Positions 37,749-51,438 of a stretch of 64,000 nucleotides of DNA are shown here, in pieces. The position numbers were made by a program, and so were the translations under genes. Origin of the DNA: Moniliella sp. 'wahieum' (lineage: Eukaryota); assembly GCA_003971905.1 (NCBI GenBank), contig RSEE01000106.1, forward strand, positions 1-64,000, in the 5' to 3' direction. A model generated the notes under the pieces. It was not told the origin of the DNA, searched no databases, and saw only the letters and a program-made list of their open reading frames with translations. Each line of letters starts with the position of its first letter. Position 1 is the stretch's first letter.

Positions 37749-40700
37749 CCTCGGGGAGGGGCAAATACAGAAGGGGTGGTCGTTGCTCGCACGCGCAATG
37801 GGGGAGGACAAGGAGAGGAAGAGGGCGAGGGAGAAGGAGAAGGAGACGCAATAAGGGGGGTGCGCTCATGGGGCTCCTCCGGCACGCGGTCGGACGGAGA
37901 AGACTCGATTTCGAAGCTCTGGGATGGGCGGGGCGGCGGGCGGCGGCGGGCAAGACAGGGGAAGAGGTGGAGGAGCCATTGGCAGGCTTGCGGGCGGGGG
38001 CGTCGGGGTGGTCATCGCTGGGACGGGCGTAGGGCATGGGCGATGGGGCGTGGGCGTGGTGGGTGGGATATATGGGGCAGACGGAGCAGGGAGCTGGACT
38101 GCGGGGATGTTGGTTGGAGGGGAGGATAATGTGGTGGAGGCGGCGGGGGCAGGTGTGTGTCAGAGAGGGCGGGGCACAGCGGGCGCAACGCGCATGCTCC
38201 AGCGGAGGGAAGGGGTGGGGTGGGAGGCGAGGGGAGGGGAAGGAGGAGGTGGGATGGGCGGGGAGGGAGGGGCTGGAATGGGATGGAATCGGAGGGGCTG
38301 CGCTCTGGCGGGCGGGATAGCACGACCCCACTAATACACCCCCCCCCCACAGACACAGGCAGCAGGGCAGCCAGCGCAGCAGAGCCACAGACGCAGGCAC
38401 AGTGCCGCTGCTGGCAAACGCCAGTGGCAAGTGGGGGCAGGTGAGGCACGGGGGCAGTGGCGTGTAATTTCCCGCTTCGCTGGCCATGGGGGCGCAAGCC
38501 CTGAGGTGTGGATGTGGAATGTGCGACGGTCGCTGGGGACACGCCGAGGCGGGACGCCGCAGGGCAGATGTGAGACGCGAGATGTGAGATCTGACGCCTG
38601 ACGCACCACACCCACTTGGTGGCAGCTTCTGAGCTCTGGGCCCTGGCCTCACCGTCAATGTTCAACCGATGGAGATGGCTCGTGGAAGTACGAGGTACTT
38701 ACATGGTACAGGCACTTACAGGTGGTCCCGAGGTACTTCTAGGCACTTGCAGACACTTATACAGGCCCTTACCTGCCTCGCAGCCACTGACAGGCACTTG
38801 CTGCGGGTACTTAGCTGCTGGGTGCGCAGCCCAACCGAAGCAGCGCCAGGCAGGGCCAGTGCGGCGTCCTGCCCCGCTCTGCCACGCCTGGGCCGTGCGT
38901 CGGGCTCTGAGATCTCAGTCTGAGATCTGAGTTCTGACACAAGATGAACCAGGTGCCCGGTGCCCGCCCCTGCCCGCCCACGCCACCCCTACGTACCCAT
39001 CCTTCCATCCAACCAGCCCAGTCGTCGTGCGCCGTGCCCGGCTATTCACACCGACCCCCAAATGGAAATCATCAATCATCGGCATCAATCATTGCACGAG
39101 GTCATATTGAATCAGGCCAGCAAGCGATGTGATCACCGGTCCCCCCGTGCCGTCTTCCTCAAGCCTCGGGTGAGCCGGTAAGGTCGGCGAGGGGCTCAGC
39201 GCGCTCACCACAGCTTACCCGCCCTGAGTAATTGGGTACTGTGGCTGTACTGAGCGTCTTCCTCACCTCCCCAAGCCCCCCCCCCCCCCCCATTCCTGCC
39301 CCCCCAACATCCAAGCCATGCCCATACACCATGCGTATCCGACCATGCCTGTCCCCTTAGCCATGCTTCGCCAAATCCGCCACGACAGTTTCTTCTCAGC
39401 GAGACGCAGAAGCTTTGCTGCAAGCTTTGCATCCACCGCCCTTTGAGCGATTTGAGCTTTGGAAGCTTTGGAAGCTTTGAAGCTTTGAAGCGTGGGGGTC
39501 GGCCCAGATCGGCACTCTGCCGCTCACGATGCACACTCCATACTGCTCCACCCACCCATCGGGCCATCGCTCGTCCCTTCGACCTGGAAGCGTGGGACTC
39601 AGTACTCAATGAGTACTGAGTTGAGTTGTGCCCACCCGGCCATCGGCCACCGGCCACGCTGGCCACGCTAGCCACGTCACGCGTAACTGCGTACCCATGC
39701 CTGGCCACCAGAGCGATGCAGCCACGCATAACGTGGTATGGCGGTAACTGCCGGGAACCGGTACACACCGAAGTAGTAATGGGTAACACTCTCTATCCTG
39801 CACGTAAGACGCATAGGCTCAGCGGCCCAGCCGCCCAGCAGCTATAACGCCTCGACGCTCTGGAAGGGCTGAGGCGCTGAGGCTCAGCCCCCCAGCCTTC
39901 TGTGCTAGCGAGCAAGCCAAAACGAGGAGGTACGTGTGTAGGCGAGTGTGCACTGTACGCTCCATCGATTCTTGGTCCCCGACCATCGGCCATCATCCTA
40001 CCGACACTATCGATACCGACTATCGACTACCGACTACCGACTGTCGAGCATCGATCGAACTGATCGGTGCACCACCGGCCTCCCGGCTGCTGGTTCCCCT
40101 GTGGTGTGGTGGAGATCGCAGATCCCTAGGGCCTACCCTGAGGCCTGAGATGTCGTGGCACGTTGGAACTGGTTAGATACCGACTGCCCAAGGCGTATCG
40201 CGCAACAGCGTAACATGTAACCCCGCGTAACCAAGCCGGACCGATCTGGGTTTGCCACCTGCCAGCAATGCGTCGCTCGCATCCTGCCACTGTCCCTCCC
40301 TTGCGCTGTGTCCTGTGTCTTGTCTTGTTCCTTGTCACATGTGTGTCACACACCTGTCATGTGTCGTTTGTAATGCATCACATGTCACATGTCATCAATA
40401 TCAAGCTTCAAGTTCACCGTCGTATCCTTTCATTCAAAATGTCCGAAGCATCATGCATCATGCACATCAGTCCAGTTCGATCATCGATCATTGACCCTAA
40501 CCTCGACCATCTTGCTTGTCGACAGAGCACGAATAGAGTCAGGCACATATCGCGTCCAAGCCAGGCCCTCCAATCGTTCGCCCCCCCTCCCAACATCAAC
40601 AACCCCAAGCGAAGCATAGCCAAGCAGACGGCCCCAGTGGCTGATGGCCTCTGGCCCAGCCGAATAGGACACCCGTATACGAGCGAGTACATAGAGTTTC

Positions 40701-41840
40701 TCCTGCCGCCCCACCCCTTTTCGTGTTTCACGAATCGAACCCATCGAGCATTGAATATTGAATCACTAATATTCGGCCCCACTTCGGTGGCCTGTTGGTC
40801 TCGGACGTACGAGCGTCTCGTCCAGTTGGATCCACTCTCGTAACGCGTAATTGTCCAGCAGGGATCCTCGATCCACCTCCGACCTAACCAGCCGCTAACC
40901 CGTAACTGGTAACCGATCACCACCAAACGATCCCATCGCGGCCCCCTCCCACGCCCCGTCCGTCTCATGAAGAACACCGATGTCCGACCTGCAGTGCTTG
41001 CTTAGTACGGGGTACCGTTCTAGGTTGAATCCCACGGAAGAGAGAAGGACACATCATACAGAGGCTACAAAGTAAGAGAGCCAGCCCTCGGAAGTGGGAA
41101 GAAGCGTGTCACGAAGGTTCGAGCAGTACCTGGTAAGCGCCGTACAAGGAAGGAAGCTGGGCAGCTGTCTCTCGCATTGGCTTATACGGTGCATGGGGTC
41201 GATGAGCTATGGTCGGAGCGACCCAACTTGCCTGAAGGATTGTGCAATACCACTGCCCCGGGCTTTATAGGAGACAAACGCAGCTGAGGCGCCCATCGAT
41301 CGTGTCTTGACAATCCTCCTCTCAGTCCATTACCTGAGGGTCGCACTGACCCACGGAGATCCAAGGGAAAGCAGCGAGAATATACCAACTGTCATAAAAA
41401 GGATGTCTATACTTGCTGAGAATTCATGTCCAAGGGAGAACTGATCGATGGTTCCAAGCACCAACATGATTCTACCCTGTCGTAGTGGGGGGAAGAGAAG
41501 GGATTTCCAGATGGGCAGGGGGGATGTTTTCGATGCAGGTTCGGAGAGAGGGAGTATCACATTGTGAGAGTATATGCGGTTGGGGGTGTTTAATAGCTCG
41601 CATGTAATCAGTTTACTGTGGGGAAAATGTGGGGGCTGATGACCCAGACAAATAGTCCCCACAACGTTGAGAGGAGTATGGTTTCCAAGCCGCTTTGCTT
41701 TGGTTGAGCATCCCCACCCTCAAGGACACGCGCAAGGCACTGCTGCGCTCCGCCGCGAAGGAAGAAGGGGGGTTAAATGACAGCGGAATTGCTGTGTGCA
41801 TTTCCGCCGCGCCGCGCTGGTGCCTAGTGGCTAGTGCCTA

Positions 41841-43647
41841 ATGAAGCTAGTGAAGCCGCTGGACGGGGCGCCCGGCAAGGAGGGCGCGGGTGGGAGGCAG
41901 CGTGTTGGCCGCCTTGGTTGTCGTCCTCGATGCTGTTGCGCTGGGCTCGGACAGCACGGGGCGCCGAGGCACGGGTACTCCACCTCGGCGTGTGCGCAGG
42001 CGCGGCGTGGCGGGGGCGATGTGGATGCGCGCTCGGCCGAGCGGGAGATCGGCGTGTCGGTGGCGCGGCAGGCGTACCGGGAGGTGGTGCCGAACGAGGA
42101 GCAGCAGCTGGCGCTCTGGGCCGACACACAGCGGTCGTTTGCGCTGCGCGACGCCGAGGCCCAAGTGCTGGGCCCCGGCATCGACCATATGCGCCAGGCC
42201 AGGTCGCAGGCCCACCGCTTGGTGCCCTTTGCGGCGCGTGCTCTCCTCCGCGGCATCGATCCCTCGGCGCTGTCATCGACACGGAGCGTGCGGCGGCCAC
42301 CAAGGCTGGCCAGCGCGCCATGGGCAACGGCTGGGCCGGCATCTTGCGCGACCCCGACTGGCCTGTGCCCAACTTGTTTCGGCTGTGCAGCACGCTGCCT
42401 CTGGATGGCGTCGGGCTCAAGGTGCGCCGCAACTCGGCGTCGCGGCAGTACGTGTTCCAGCCCTACTTTCTCGGCTTTACGACCGCCGTGCCAAGCTGTA
42501 CAGCAAGGCGCTTGCGTTGGGCCAAGCGGCTGCCCGCACCTCGTTCAGCCGGAGGACAAGGCGTGCTGGCCGACGAACCGGAGCATGCAGTTGATTGGAC
42601 GCAAGACCATGAGCCAGTACTACGATGTCCATCGCGCCTTTGAGGCGACGTCGGCGACGCAGGTGTACCAGGAACATCGGTACGCACAGTGGCTCGTTCA
42701 GCACGCCGCCCAGACCCGCACTCGCCCACCTACCATGGACGAAGCTAAGCGCAAGTTCCGCCACAAGCTGCTGCGGGTAACAAGGCATGCGCGCCGGTGT
42801 GCGTTTCGGTTGCAGTGGCAAACGTTTTACCTCAAACATTATCTCTCGCGTTCGCACCGATTGCAGTTGGCGACGTGCCGTCCAAGGCACGCTTGCACGA
42901 CCAGCTCGCCGCCGCACGCCAGCACAACAGCCAGCACGTCGAAACCAAGATCTGGACCGAGAAGTTGACCCTGTGGGCCGAAGTGCTAGCTCAGTCGGAC
43001 ATTGACCGTGGACTGGATGGGGACTTGCTCCAGGAGCTGGGTCTGTCCCAAGGTGAGAAGGAGGAGTATGCCGAGCTGGAGAAGCACGAGGCAGAGGACC
43101 GAGCCGAAGGACGACGTGGAGGACGAGGCGGAGATCAGCCAGGACGACAAGGATTTGCACCAAGAAGATCTGTATGCGCTGGGCCAAGTTCCTGTGGGAT
43201 CGCCGGCTGCCGAACGGGCTGTGAAGAAATAGCTGCCTTGGCCAGCATCCCGCTCGCAGCCCACAAGACCTCGAAGCCTGTCCCGCTGACTCCCCGCCGA
43301 AGCCCGATACCCACCACCTCCACCCCACAATTCCGACTCGATCTACGAGTTGGATCTTCCCGGCGCGATGGTTTCGGAGCGGTACTTTGTGCTGACCCGC
43401 ATGGCTCTGCGCCTGCACCCCCACCAATACTACCGTGTGGCAGATCACTATTCGGGCAAGGCATTTGGCCTGGACTACCGACGCAGTACGTCAATTGGTC
43501 CGGTATCCTATCGGTGGGGTGGCGGTATCGTCCCGCTAGTAACTAACCTCGTTTGAATTCTATCTGTGTGCAGGTGCGCCCAAGAGGTGGAACACCGAGG
43601 TGGAGGTAGACCTGACATCCAAGCGGCGTTGGAAGATGATGGAATGA
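41841..43647 (+). CDS. Mitochondrial ribosomal protein mS34 (MRPS34)-like, with large internal insertion
   Basis: NLFRLCSTLPLDGVGLKVRRNS (~42370-42436) and RYFVLTRM..SGKAFGLDY|..SKRRWK (~43380-43647) resemble the two halves of the mS34 motif; intron 43486-43573. Confidence 0.6.
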
Positions 43648-43785
43648 ATGACACCAAGCAGGGAGGATCAGAGCGTAAGATCTACGCTCTTTTACGCTAC
43701 GCTTTGCCTCTGCATCTACCCCCCCGCCATCGATCGGAATCGGACAAAGCAGCAGGGCAGCAGGAACCTGCGCCTCCTTTTGTTT

Positions 43786-46111
43786 TTACCCTGCCTTGGC
43801 CTTGCCTGGCACCATCACGTTGGTCAAGGGCAGCACGCTGTGCGAGGTCAACCTCCGGGACCCATGGCGGGCATAGCGACCTCGCTTGACGCGCTTGGTG
43901 AAGCGCACCGTGCCGTACAGCAAGACAACCAAGACGACGGTACCGAGGAACGGGTGGTGGAAGTAGGTGCGAGCCAAGACGACGAGCAAGGAGGAGGCGG
44001 CATGCATACTGCGGTCGATGTACGTTTCCATGTGGATGGGCTTGACTTTGCCTGTGCGAACGGCATCGAGGCGGGCGAGCACGGTGCTGGTGTGGATCCA
44101 CGGCCGGCCGCGGGCAGCGGCAGGCAGGTCGCTCGGCATGTCGTAATACACCATCTTCTGTCCGTCGACCAGAAGCAGGTGGGGCAACTCGTTGGCGTGC
44201 AGGCTAAAGTACGATGCCAGCTGGGCGGCCCACTGGTCCGCGTCGATCCAAGCGAACAAGAGCGGCTCTTGGTGCGGCGTGGCATGCCACTTGGACGCGA
44301 GCTGGCTCAAGATGGACAGTTCGTAGTCCCGTTGATGAGATCCCGGTCCAGACTCGACCAGGTTGCCTCCGTGATGCGCCTGCGACAGCGCGGCAAGGAC
44401 GACTTTGATTCCTGCCTCGTTGAACATCACGTCGGCAAACGTGGTCGAGGTGAGCTCGACGAGCGGGGGGAAGCGTTGACTGTGTACCCAGGATTGGATT
44501 GGGCCACGGCATCGGGTGCCGACAAGGCAGCTAGGTTGAGCTGGGCATAGGGCGTTTGGGTGTTATGGTCTTTGAACACGAGCAGACCGGAGAGCGAGTG
44601 ACGCGCCACTTCGCTGCCTTGCCCAGGGTGCAGGTAGGAGCTGTACTGGGTCAGCAGCGCAGGGTCCGAAGACTCAAATGCAAACGTATCTTTCCCCAGC
44701 AAGACGGAGGTGGCGTTGCTGACTAGGGCCTACGAGAGAAGAGGCACGTAGAGTTAGTACGACCGATGGCAGGTCCCGACGGCTGTTGCGCAAGTGGGAA
44801 ACTGGGAGGCGAGGGGGGGGGGGGGGGGGGACGGCATACGTACCCGTTCTTCGTCCCTCGTTCCAGGCGAGAAGAGATAGAGGAAGAAAACGTCGTGGTG
44901 AGGAGCCAAGACGGCCAATTCGGAGGCAGTGATGGGATGCAGCCGATCCGCCTGCTTTGAGCGCCCACTTGACCATGGCGTCGTGCGAGCGGCCGCCATT
45001 GTACTCGGTTGCAACGCCATCCTTGTACATGCGGAGGGTGGGGAAACTGTTAATGCGGTAAGTGCGACACAGCGCCTGGTTCGCCTCACAGTCCACCTCG
45101 ATCGCGTTCACTTGGCTCTTGAGCGACGCACTTGCCTTGAGGAACGCAGGTCCCATGTGACGGCAATGCGGGCACCAGGGCGCCATGAACTTGACAAAGC
45201 TCGGTCCGTGCCCGCCATCGGCCGAGAGCCACGCAGCAAATGCCTTTTCGTCCGCAATCGGTTCCTGGCCATAGTGCAGCATGACCCCATCGGGGTTGGG
45301 CCCAAGAGGGCCAATGAGCTGGGAGGATGGATCAGAGAGGGGATAGTAGCAGCAGCAGAGTCCATAGGTGGTTCCTGGCCGCTGGGGGCGGGGGGGCGAG
45401 GGCTCGGCAGAGGGCTCTGCGGAAGTAGAAGTAGATGCAGGTGGGGACAGGGACAAAGACGAGGAGGACGAAGCAGAGGGCGATGCCGAAAGCAAAGAGG
45501 AAGAGGAAGACGAGGACAAAGAGGGAGACAAAGAGGAAGAGGAAGGGGAAGAGGAAGAAAAGACAGCGGCGCCGGTGGTGGCGGATCGGCAACACCCTTG
45601 GCCTGACGATACGCAGAGGCCTGCTCATCTACCCACGCAGCGAGCGAGACGTAATCGCGCGGACCCATGTAGGGCGTGGGGGCCTTGACTCCGTCGTGGT
45701 ACGCAATGAGAAACGGGGTACCTTTGATTTGCTCGTCAACGCATACCTGGGCAAACGCTTTGCAGTCCACCTGGGCCAGACCAAAGGGCGCAGCGGGGTA
45801 CTCGGTGCGCAGAAAGAGCTTGTTGCGCGCCAGCTCGGCCCAGGTCGGCGCAAACTGCTCGCTCTTTTGCTTGGCGTCCACAAACTCGACCAGCCTAACG
45901 AAACGGAAGGTCAGCGGCGCGAGGGACCCAAGGGACCGAGAAGACAAGGAGGGGGGAAGGAAACGCACCATGCTCCCTGCGCAAGCGTCGAGTGGAAGGA
46001 GGCCGTGCTGAGCTGGACCCACGGCGTGGGGGGGGCGTTGGCCACAGGCACAGCGCGCACGGGGACGAGGGCGGCGGCCAGCGCCAGCGCGGCGGGGAGG
46101 AGCGCGATCAT
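43786..46111 (-). CDS. ER membrane protein disulfide isomerase/thioredoxin family protein (EPS1-like)
   Basis: Signal peptide MIALLPAALALAAALVP; Trx domains, with FVKFMAPWCPHC..EVDCE..INSFPTL; Ser-rich linker; C-terminal TM HPFLGTVVLVVLLYG; introns ~45900-45968 and ~44728-44843. Confidence 0.85.
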
Positions 46112-46865
46112 GGCAGCCCCGCAGCAGACGAGGATGGGGAAGACACGCGACGCAACCACAAGACGCCGACACGAGATGGGTGGTGCGGGCGCGCAGACGA
46201 ACCGAGTGCTCTCCTGCCTGCCTCGTTACGTGGCCGTCACGTGACACTCCGGACTACCGCTTGCCCAGCGACCTAGCGACCCCTTATCGATTATCGCCGA
46301 TGCTATACGCGCCTCTGCCGCCCCACTAACACGTCTATCACCGCCCTGGCTTGGCCCTGGAGAGCAGCATGTGGATAGTAGCAAGAAAAGTAGGAGAACG
46401 AGGGAAACGGGTGAAAACAAGTGAAAACGAGCGGGTGGGTACGCTTGGCCAAGCCAACGTAGTCAACATATCAACCAAACCAGGGGGGAAACAAGCAGAG
46501 GGTATGCCTAGCAAGCGGTCCTCCCCCGTGCACCAGACCATGCACGCAACCTGCGTGGCGCGGGTGCAGTAGGACCGGATCCGATGTTAAAAGGGGGATG
46601 GATCGCCAGGAGGGGGGGGGGGGCAGGCCGACGAGGGCTGGGTCAAACCACTACCACTACCCTGGACGCAGGACAAAGGGCAGATGACAAAGGGCAGAGG
46701 AAGCGGGCTGAGACCCGAGCTGGGCCAGCGGGAGAGCCAAAGCCCAGAGCCAATGCCATAGCGCCGGCGGCGGGAGGACCGGGGAACTAGAGATGGGATG
46801 GATACCAAGGCACAGGGACAGGCACATATCCAAGGCCAGGCTTCCCTTTGCTGTGTCCGGCTGCG

Positions 46866-48840
46866 TCAGGTTACGTCCGGCTGCGGCGGGCTCAGTCGAC
46901 TCAGCGGGGGGGAACGTGGGCGCAAGAGCCGCTGGAGCGCCGGGAGGGAAACTTGGCGGCCCCACACTTTGAACTTCAAATCGTTGCATGGATCGGGGGT
47001 AGTTTCATGGCCAGTTTCGGGGCCGGTTTCGGGCGTGGCGGGTGGGGCGGGGAAGTACTTGCCAAAGAGGGGTGCCCAAGAGAGTGTACCATCGTCGCGC
47101 ATGATGTGGGTGCGATCGAGGAGGGTGATACCAGTTACGAACGGTTTGAGTTGGAGCCATGCGAGGCGCAATTGAGTTGCGGCGAGAGCGCGCTGCGACG
47201 CAGCTCGTTCCAACGCCTCGGGCGCAGTTAGTTTTCGTTGCGTTTGCGTTGGGCGGAAGCGTGGGAGGCGCGGGAGGTACGAGAGGTACGTGAGGTACGC
47301 GAGACTCGGGACGCGCGCGACGTTAAGCTTCCGGTGCTGGCGCGGTGGCCCACTTCGGCCCCTGGAGGTGTAGCTAGCGTAGAAGCAGGGCCATGGGACG
47401 AAGAGGAGCGAGGGAGGGGCTGGGATTGAGGTTGGGTTGGAGAGTGAGATTGAGATTGAGATTGGGAGGGATTGTGTCGAGGCGGGATGCGGCTCGGTTT
47501 TGGTGAGCGTGACATTGGCCAGGTTCTCCCTCGTCTCGGCCAGATCAGATTCGGATTCGGCATCGGCATCGTCCGCGCTGCTGTGTCCATCCGCGACCTG
47601 GGTCGGATTGAGCGGGGCAGGCAGGGCGGAAGCAGACGATGCTGGCGCGTGTCCCGCTCCTTTACATGATGGATCCACTTGCGCGTCACGGCTTCGAACG
47701 CGACGACCGCCTCGTCAAAGGCAGCCTGCAACCGAGCCTCGGTCTCGTCGCCTCCTAGGGCCTCGCGCGACTCGTGTTTTCACCAGCAACGGCGGGAGGG
47801 TCCCAATTCCAGCTCCAGCCATCCAGTTTGCCCCCCTCGACGTACGCCGCTGGCACCTGGTCGGCAGGAATCAGGTCCATTTCCTCCACGCTACTTGTCA
47901 AGCGGACCTTATCGCGAATGTTGGCATCGAGCAAGGGCCGGAGGATGGCCCAAATCGGACGGAAAATCCAAGGAGGGTTGTGGACGTAGACACGCTCCAA
48001 GGTCTCTGGGTACCACCGCTCCAGCGAGTTGCAGAGGAAAAAGACAGCCCACCAGTCCATGTTGCGCAACGTGAAGGAGGACAGGAGAAGACGACCACCT
48101 TGCGTTCCACTGCCGGACGAAATCCGGACTTGTGGGGGGAAGCGTCGCCGGTGAGCCGGGGGGCATGGCCAAGTTGAGCCATTCTTGGGTGAGAATGATG
48201 CCACGCTCGAGTTCGGCTTGGGTCTGGGACGAGGCCAAGTGAGCGCCTACTTGGAACCAAATAATCGGTTGGCCACCCGTCGCGTTTCCCAACGTAAAGC
48301 TCACGCCCTTTTGGAGCAAGTTGCGGCCGCCAACAGTGGCAGTGAGGCCTTCCTCGCCCTCCCGCACGAGCTGGTCAACGTTCTTCTCCAAGCGATAGCG
48401 AGCTGTCGAGCCAATCGAGTTGAGCGCTGCGTGTACATCCCATTTGCGCGCACGCAGGTAGCGAAGCATGACGGCATCGGATGGTCGCCACGCACCATGC
48501 CAGTCCAAAACAAGCGGCGCGGGGGACCGCCGTGCTGCTTGAGGATCAGGCGCAGGTCGCGGCTGTCGCCGGCGAGGAGCAGGTCGCCATGGACAAAGCC
48601 GTCGGGCTCATCGAGGGGCCAGGCTTGGCGGGGGCCCGCCGGGCGGGGCGGGATGGGCGTTGGGGTCGGCGGGCACGGCGCATACCGCGAAGAAGAGGCG
48701 CCACAAGTCGGCGAGAAGGGAGGCCTGCTCGGGCGCGAGGTTCTCTGGGGGAGGGGGGGGGTCAGCACCGGGAGCGGTGAGCGTGAACGCGGAAGAGGGG
48801 CGACATACCGCCGGACATAGGCAGGCGTGCGGGCAGGCAT
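46866..48840 (-). CDS. CRAL-TRIO/Sec14 phosphatidylinositol transfer protein (CSR1-like)
   Basis: DAVMLRYLRARKWDV; FTLRNMDW; LERWYPETLERVYVHNPPWIF..IWAILRPLLD; LAWLQLKPFV..LLDR. Confidence 0.88.
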
Positions 48841-49342
48841 GGAGGGGGTGGTGGTGGTGGTGGTGGCGATGGCGATGGCGATGGCGATGGCGATGGCGGG
48901 GGCTGGGTGCGGCGGGGTTGGCACGGCAGATGCTTGGCGGGGCGGGCGGGGCGTCGTCCAGCCGTCCCGCGGCGGAAGCGCGACGAAATGAAATTGCAGC
49001 CCACAGCGCTTGCCCCCGAGGAGGCACCGCGCCACTGTCCGGTGGGGGGGGCCTGCTGCGGGGGAGGCGCGGGGCGCAGGGCCACTGTGCTCTCCGCTGC
49101 TCGGCCGCGTAGCCGACGGGTGGATGCGATGAGTGTGGGGCACGGCGCCACTGCTCGCTGGTGCCATTAATTTGCCATTGGCAATCGCTACGCGTTGCTC
49201 CGACTACTCGTGTCTGTCCGCTGTAGCTACACCCACTAACACATGAGATGGCAGGTATGGTACAGATTACAACCGGCCTCATCGGTGCGTGGCAGAGACA
49301 AGAGCAGCCTCCGCTCCTGCGCCGCCCTCGGTCGCACATCCC

Positions 49343-50899
49343 CTACGCCCTTCTGGCCTTCTTGGCAGCCTTCTTCTCTGCCTTCTTCTTGTCCTTGTCC
49401 AGCTTGGCCTCCTTGTCTTTGACTTTTTCTGTCCGAGAGGAGGACTTGTCCTTCTTCTCTTTCTTTCCTTCTTTTCCTTCTTTTCCTTCTTGTCTTTCTT
49501 TTCCTTCTTCTCGGTGGACTTGTCCTCCTTCTCCTCCTCCTCCTCCTCCTCCTCGTCCACGTCCATCAACAGATCCCCCGCTTCGCCCTCGAGCGCATCA
49601 ATCGCACGCCGCATCGCGTCCGAGTTCTTGCCGGGCGGCTTGCCCGTCTCGTAAAACTCCAGACGCTCTTCCACCTGCTGGGCCATGACCGCACCAAACT
49701 TATCGTTCGGCTGGCTGCCGTTGGCCAGGGTGGTCGAGTCCGAAAAGCAGTCGATGCGACAGGCAATGCTGATCTTGTTGGCCAAGAAACGGGACATGCG
49801 ACCTTTGTTCTTGGGAGCTGCACGCTGGATGGCGGAAGCATGGTAGATCAAGCCATACTTGGGCGTGTTGCCCTTGGTCTTGAGTGCACGGAACAGGGCC
49901 TTTTCCGCCCCGAGAATCTGCACGGGGAAGCAGGGTATTGGCCAGGTTGGTCAACGATCCCGCGTGGGAGATGAGCCGTGCGCCAATCACTTCGCCCAGC
50001 AGGGCAGACAAGTTGGGGGCGACAAGGTGCATTTTTTCCACGAGGTACTGGTGCATGTGTTTCCTCGTCTCGCCAGCGTCACCACGCGCTCGGCAAACGT
50101 TTCAATGTGCTCATGTCGATCGGGGACATTGGGTGCCATCGACGCACGCGACGCATCGAGAATGTTTCGTGCTAGGGTATCGTCGCCGCCGAGCAGGTCG
50201 GCCAAGGGCTCCAGGTCGGCCTCGGTCAAGTCCTCCTTGTTCTTAATGTAGCGCGCCAACTTGGCGTACGTGACCGTGTCCGGGGCCATCTTGCTCACTC
50301 GGGGAAATGCCATCCGTACCACTCGCGCGCACGCATCGCAATGTATTCACGTCCTTGTCCAGGTGTCTACCAGTGCAATCGCCTGGATGATCATGTTGTC
50401 GGACCGGTTGACGTTGAACTTGACCTTGGAGCGGGAGTAGGAGTGGCCGAGGCCCAACTGCGCCTTGGCAAGGTCGCCCTCCGACAACCCCCTTGAGCAA
50501 CTTCTCAGCGTGCAGCCGGATCCCACGGAGCAGCTCCATCGTCCGTTCCCCCGTGTCGCACTGCATGCCTGTGGCCGCGACGATCGAGCTGGCCAAGTTG
50601 CGTTCCGACACGCGCCAACAGCACGCCCTGGCACTCTCAAAGTTGACCTGGAGCAGCTGCTTGAGGTTGTCATCGACGATGCCCTCCGAGATATCGAGAC
50701 AGGCCTGCAATGCCTCGACGGCCGATTTGAACGGCGCAAACGAGACGAGCGTCACCATTTTGGAAAAGGTGCGCAGGTCAGCAATTTGCGCCTGCACCTC
50801 GCGCGTCTTGTTGCCAATTTCCTCCACCTGGGCCGTTTTGAAGATGGCGAGCCCGGTGGCCGTCTCAAAGAGGAGGTGGGTGGGCGTGAGGGCGCTCAT
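49343..50899 (-). CDS. NOP56: Box C/D snoRNP protein NOP56 (SIK1)
   Basis: [97 protein letters not shown]-rich tail. Confidence 0.95.
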
Positions 50900-51438
50900 C
50901 GTCGTCACAGGTCCCCTCGGGCGGTAACGGAGGGTGCTAGGCTGGGAACTGGGAACAGAGCCAAGCGTCCGACTTGGGCCCGTCGGAAAAAAAAAGCAGG
51001 CCGCTACGAAAATCTGGGGCTTAGGTCAGCCTCCTGCCCGGGGCGGGCTGCCCTGCCGTTCCGCCCGGCGGCGGAGTTGGCGCGTCTGCCCTGTGTACTG
51101 CGTCCGACGAAAACTGCCTTTGCCTCGCCACTGTGAGGTGAGGCCGCCTGCGCCGTTCCCCACCCGACGGCTCAGATTAGCGGTACGAACCATCCTACAC
51201 CGCCTCCCTCTCCTGGGTTTAGGCCCACACCACCACCGGTATAGAGACGGTCAGATTCTCAGACCATCAGGCGATCAGACCGCGAGACCATCAGACCCCC
51301 CGACCCTCCGACCGGGTGGACGTTTACAATACGAGTATATCCATTTTTGGGGGGTGCGCTGCCTCGCGTTAATTGCACCTAGGAGCGCCGGGGGAAGCCC
51401 ACCAGACGCCAAGCGCAAGCTTACGCCGGCCCTTACGT

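Noticed and set aside
45368..45688. Highly acidic + strand ORF (EEDEAEGD...)
   Set aside because: Antisense shadow of the Ser-rich linker in the minus-strand PDI gene
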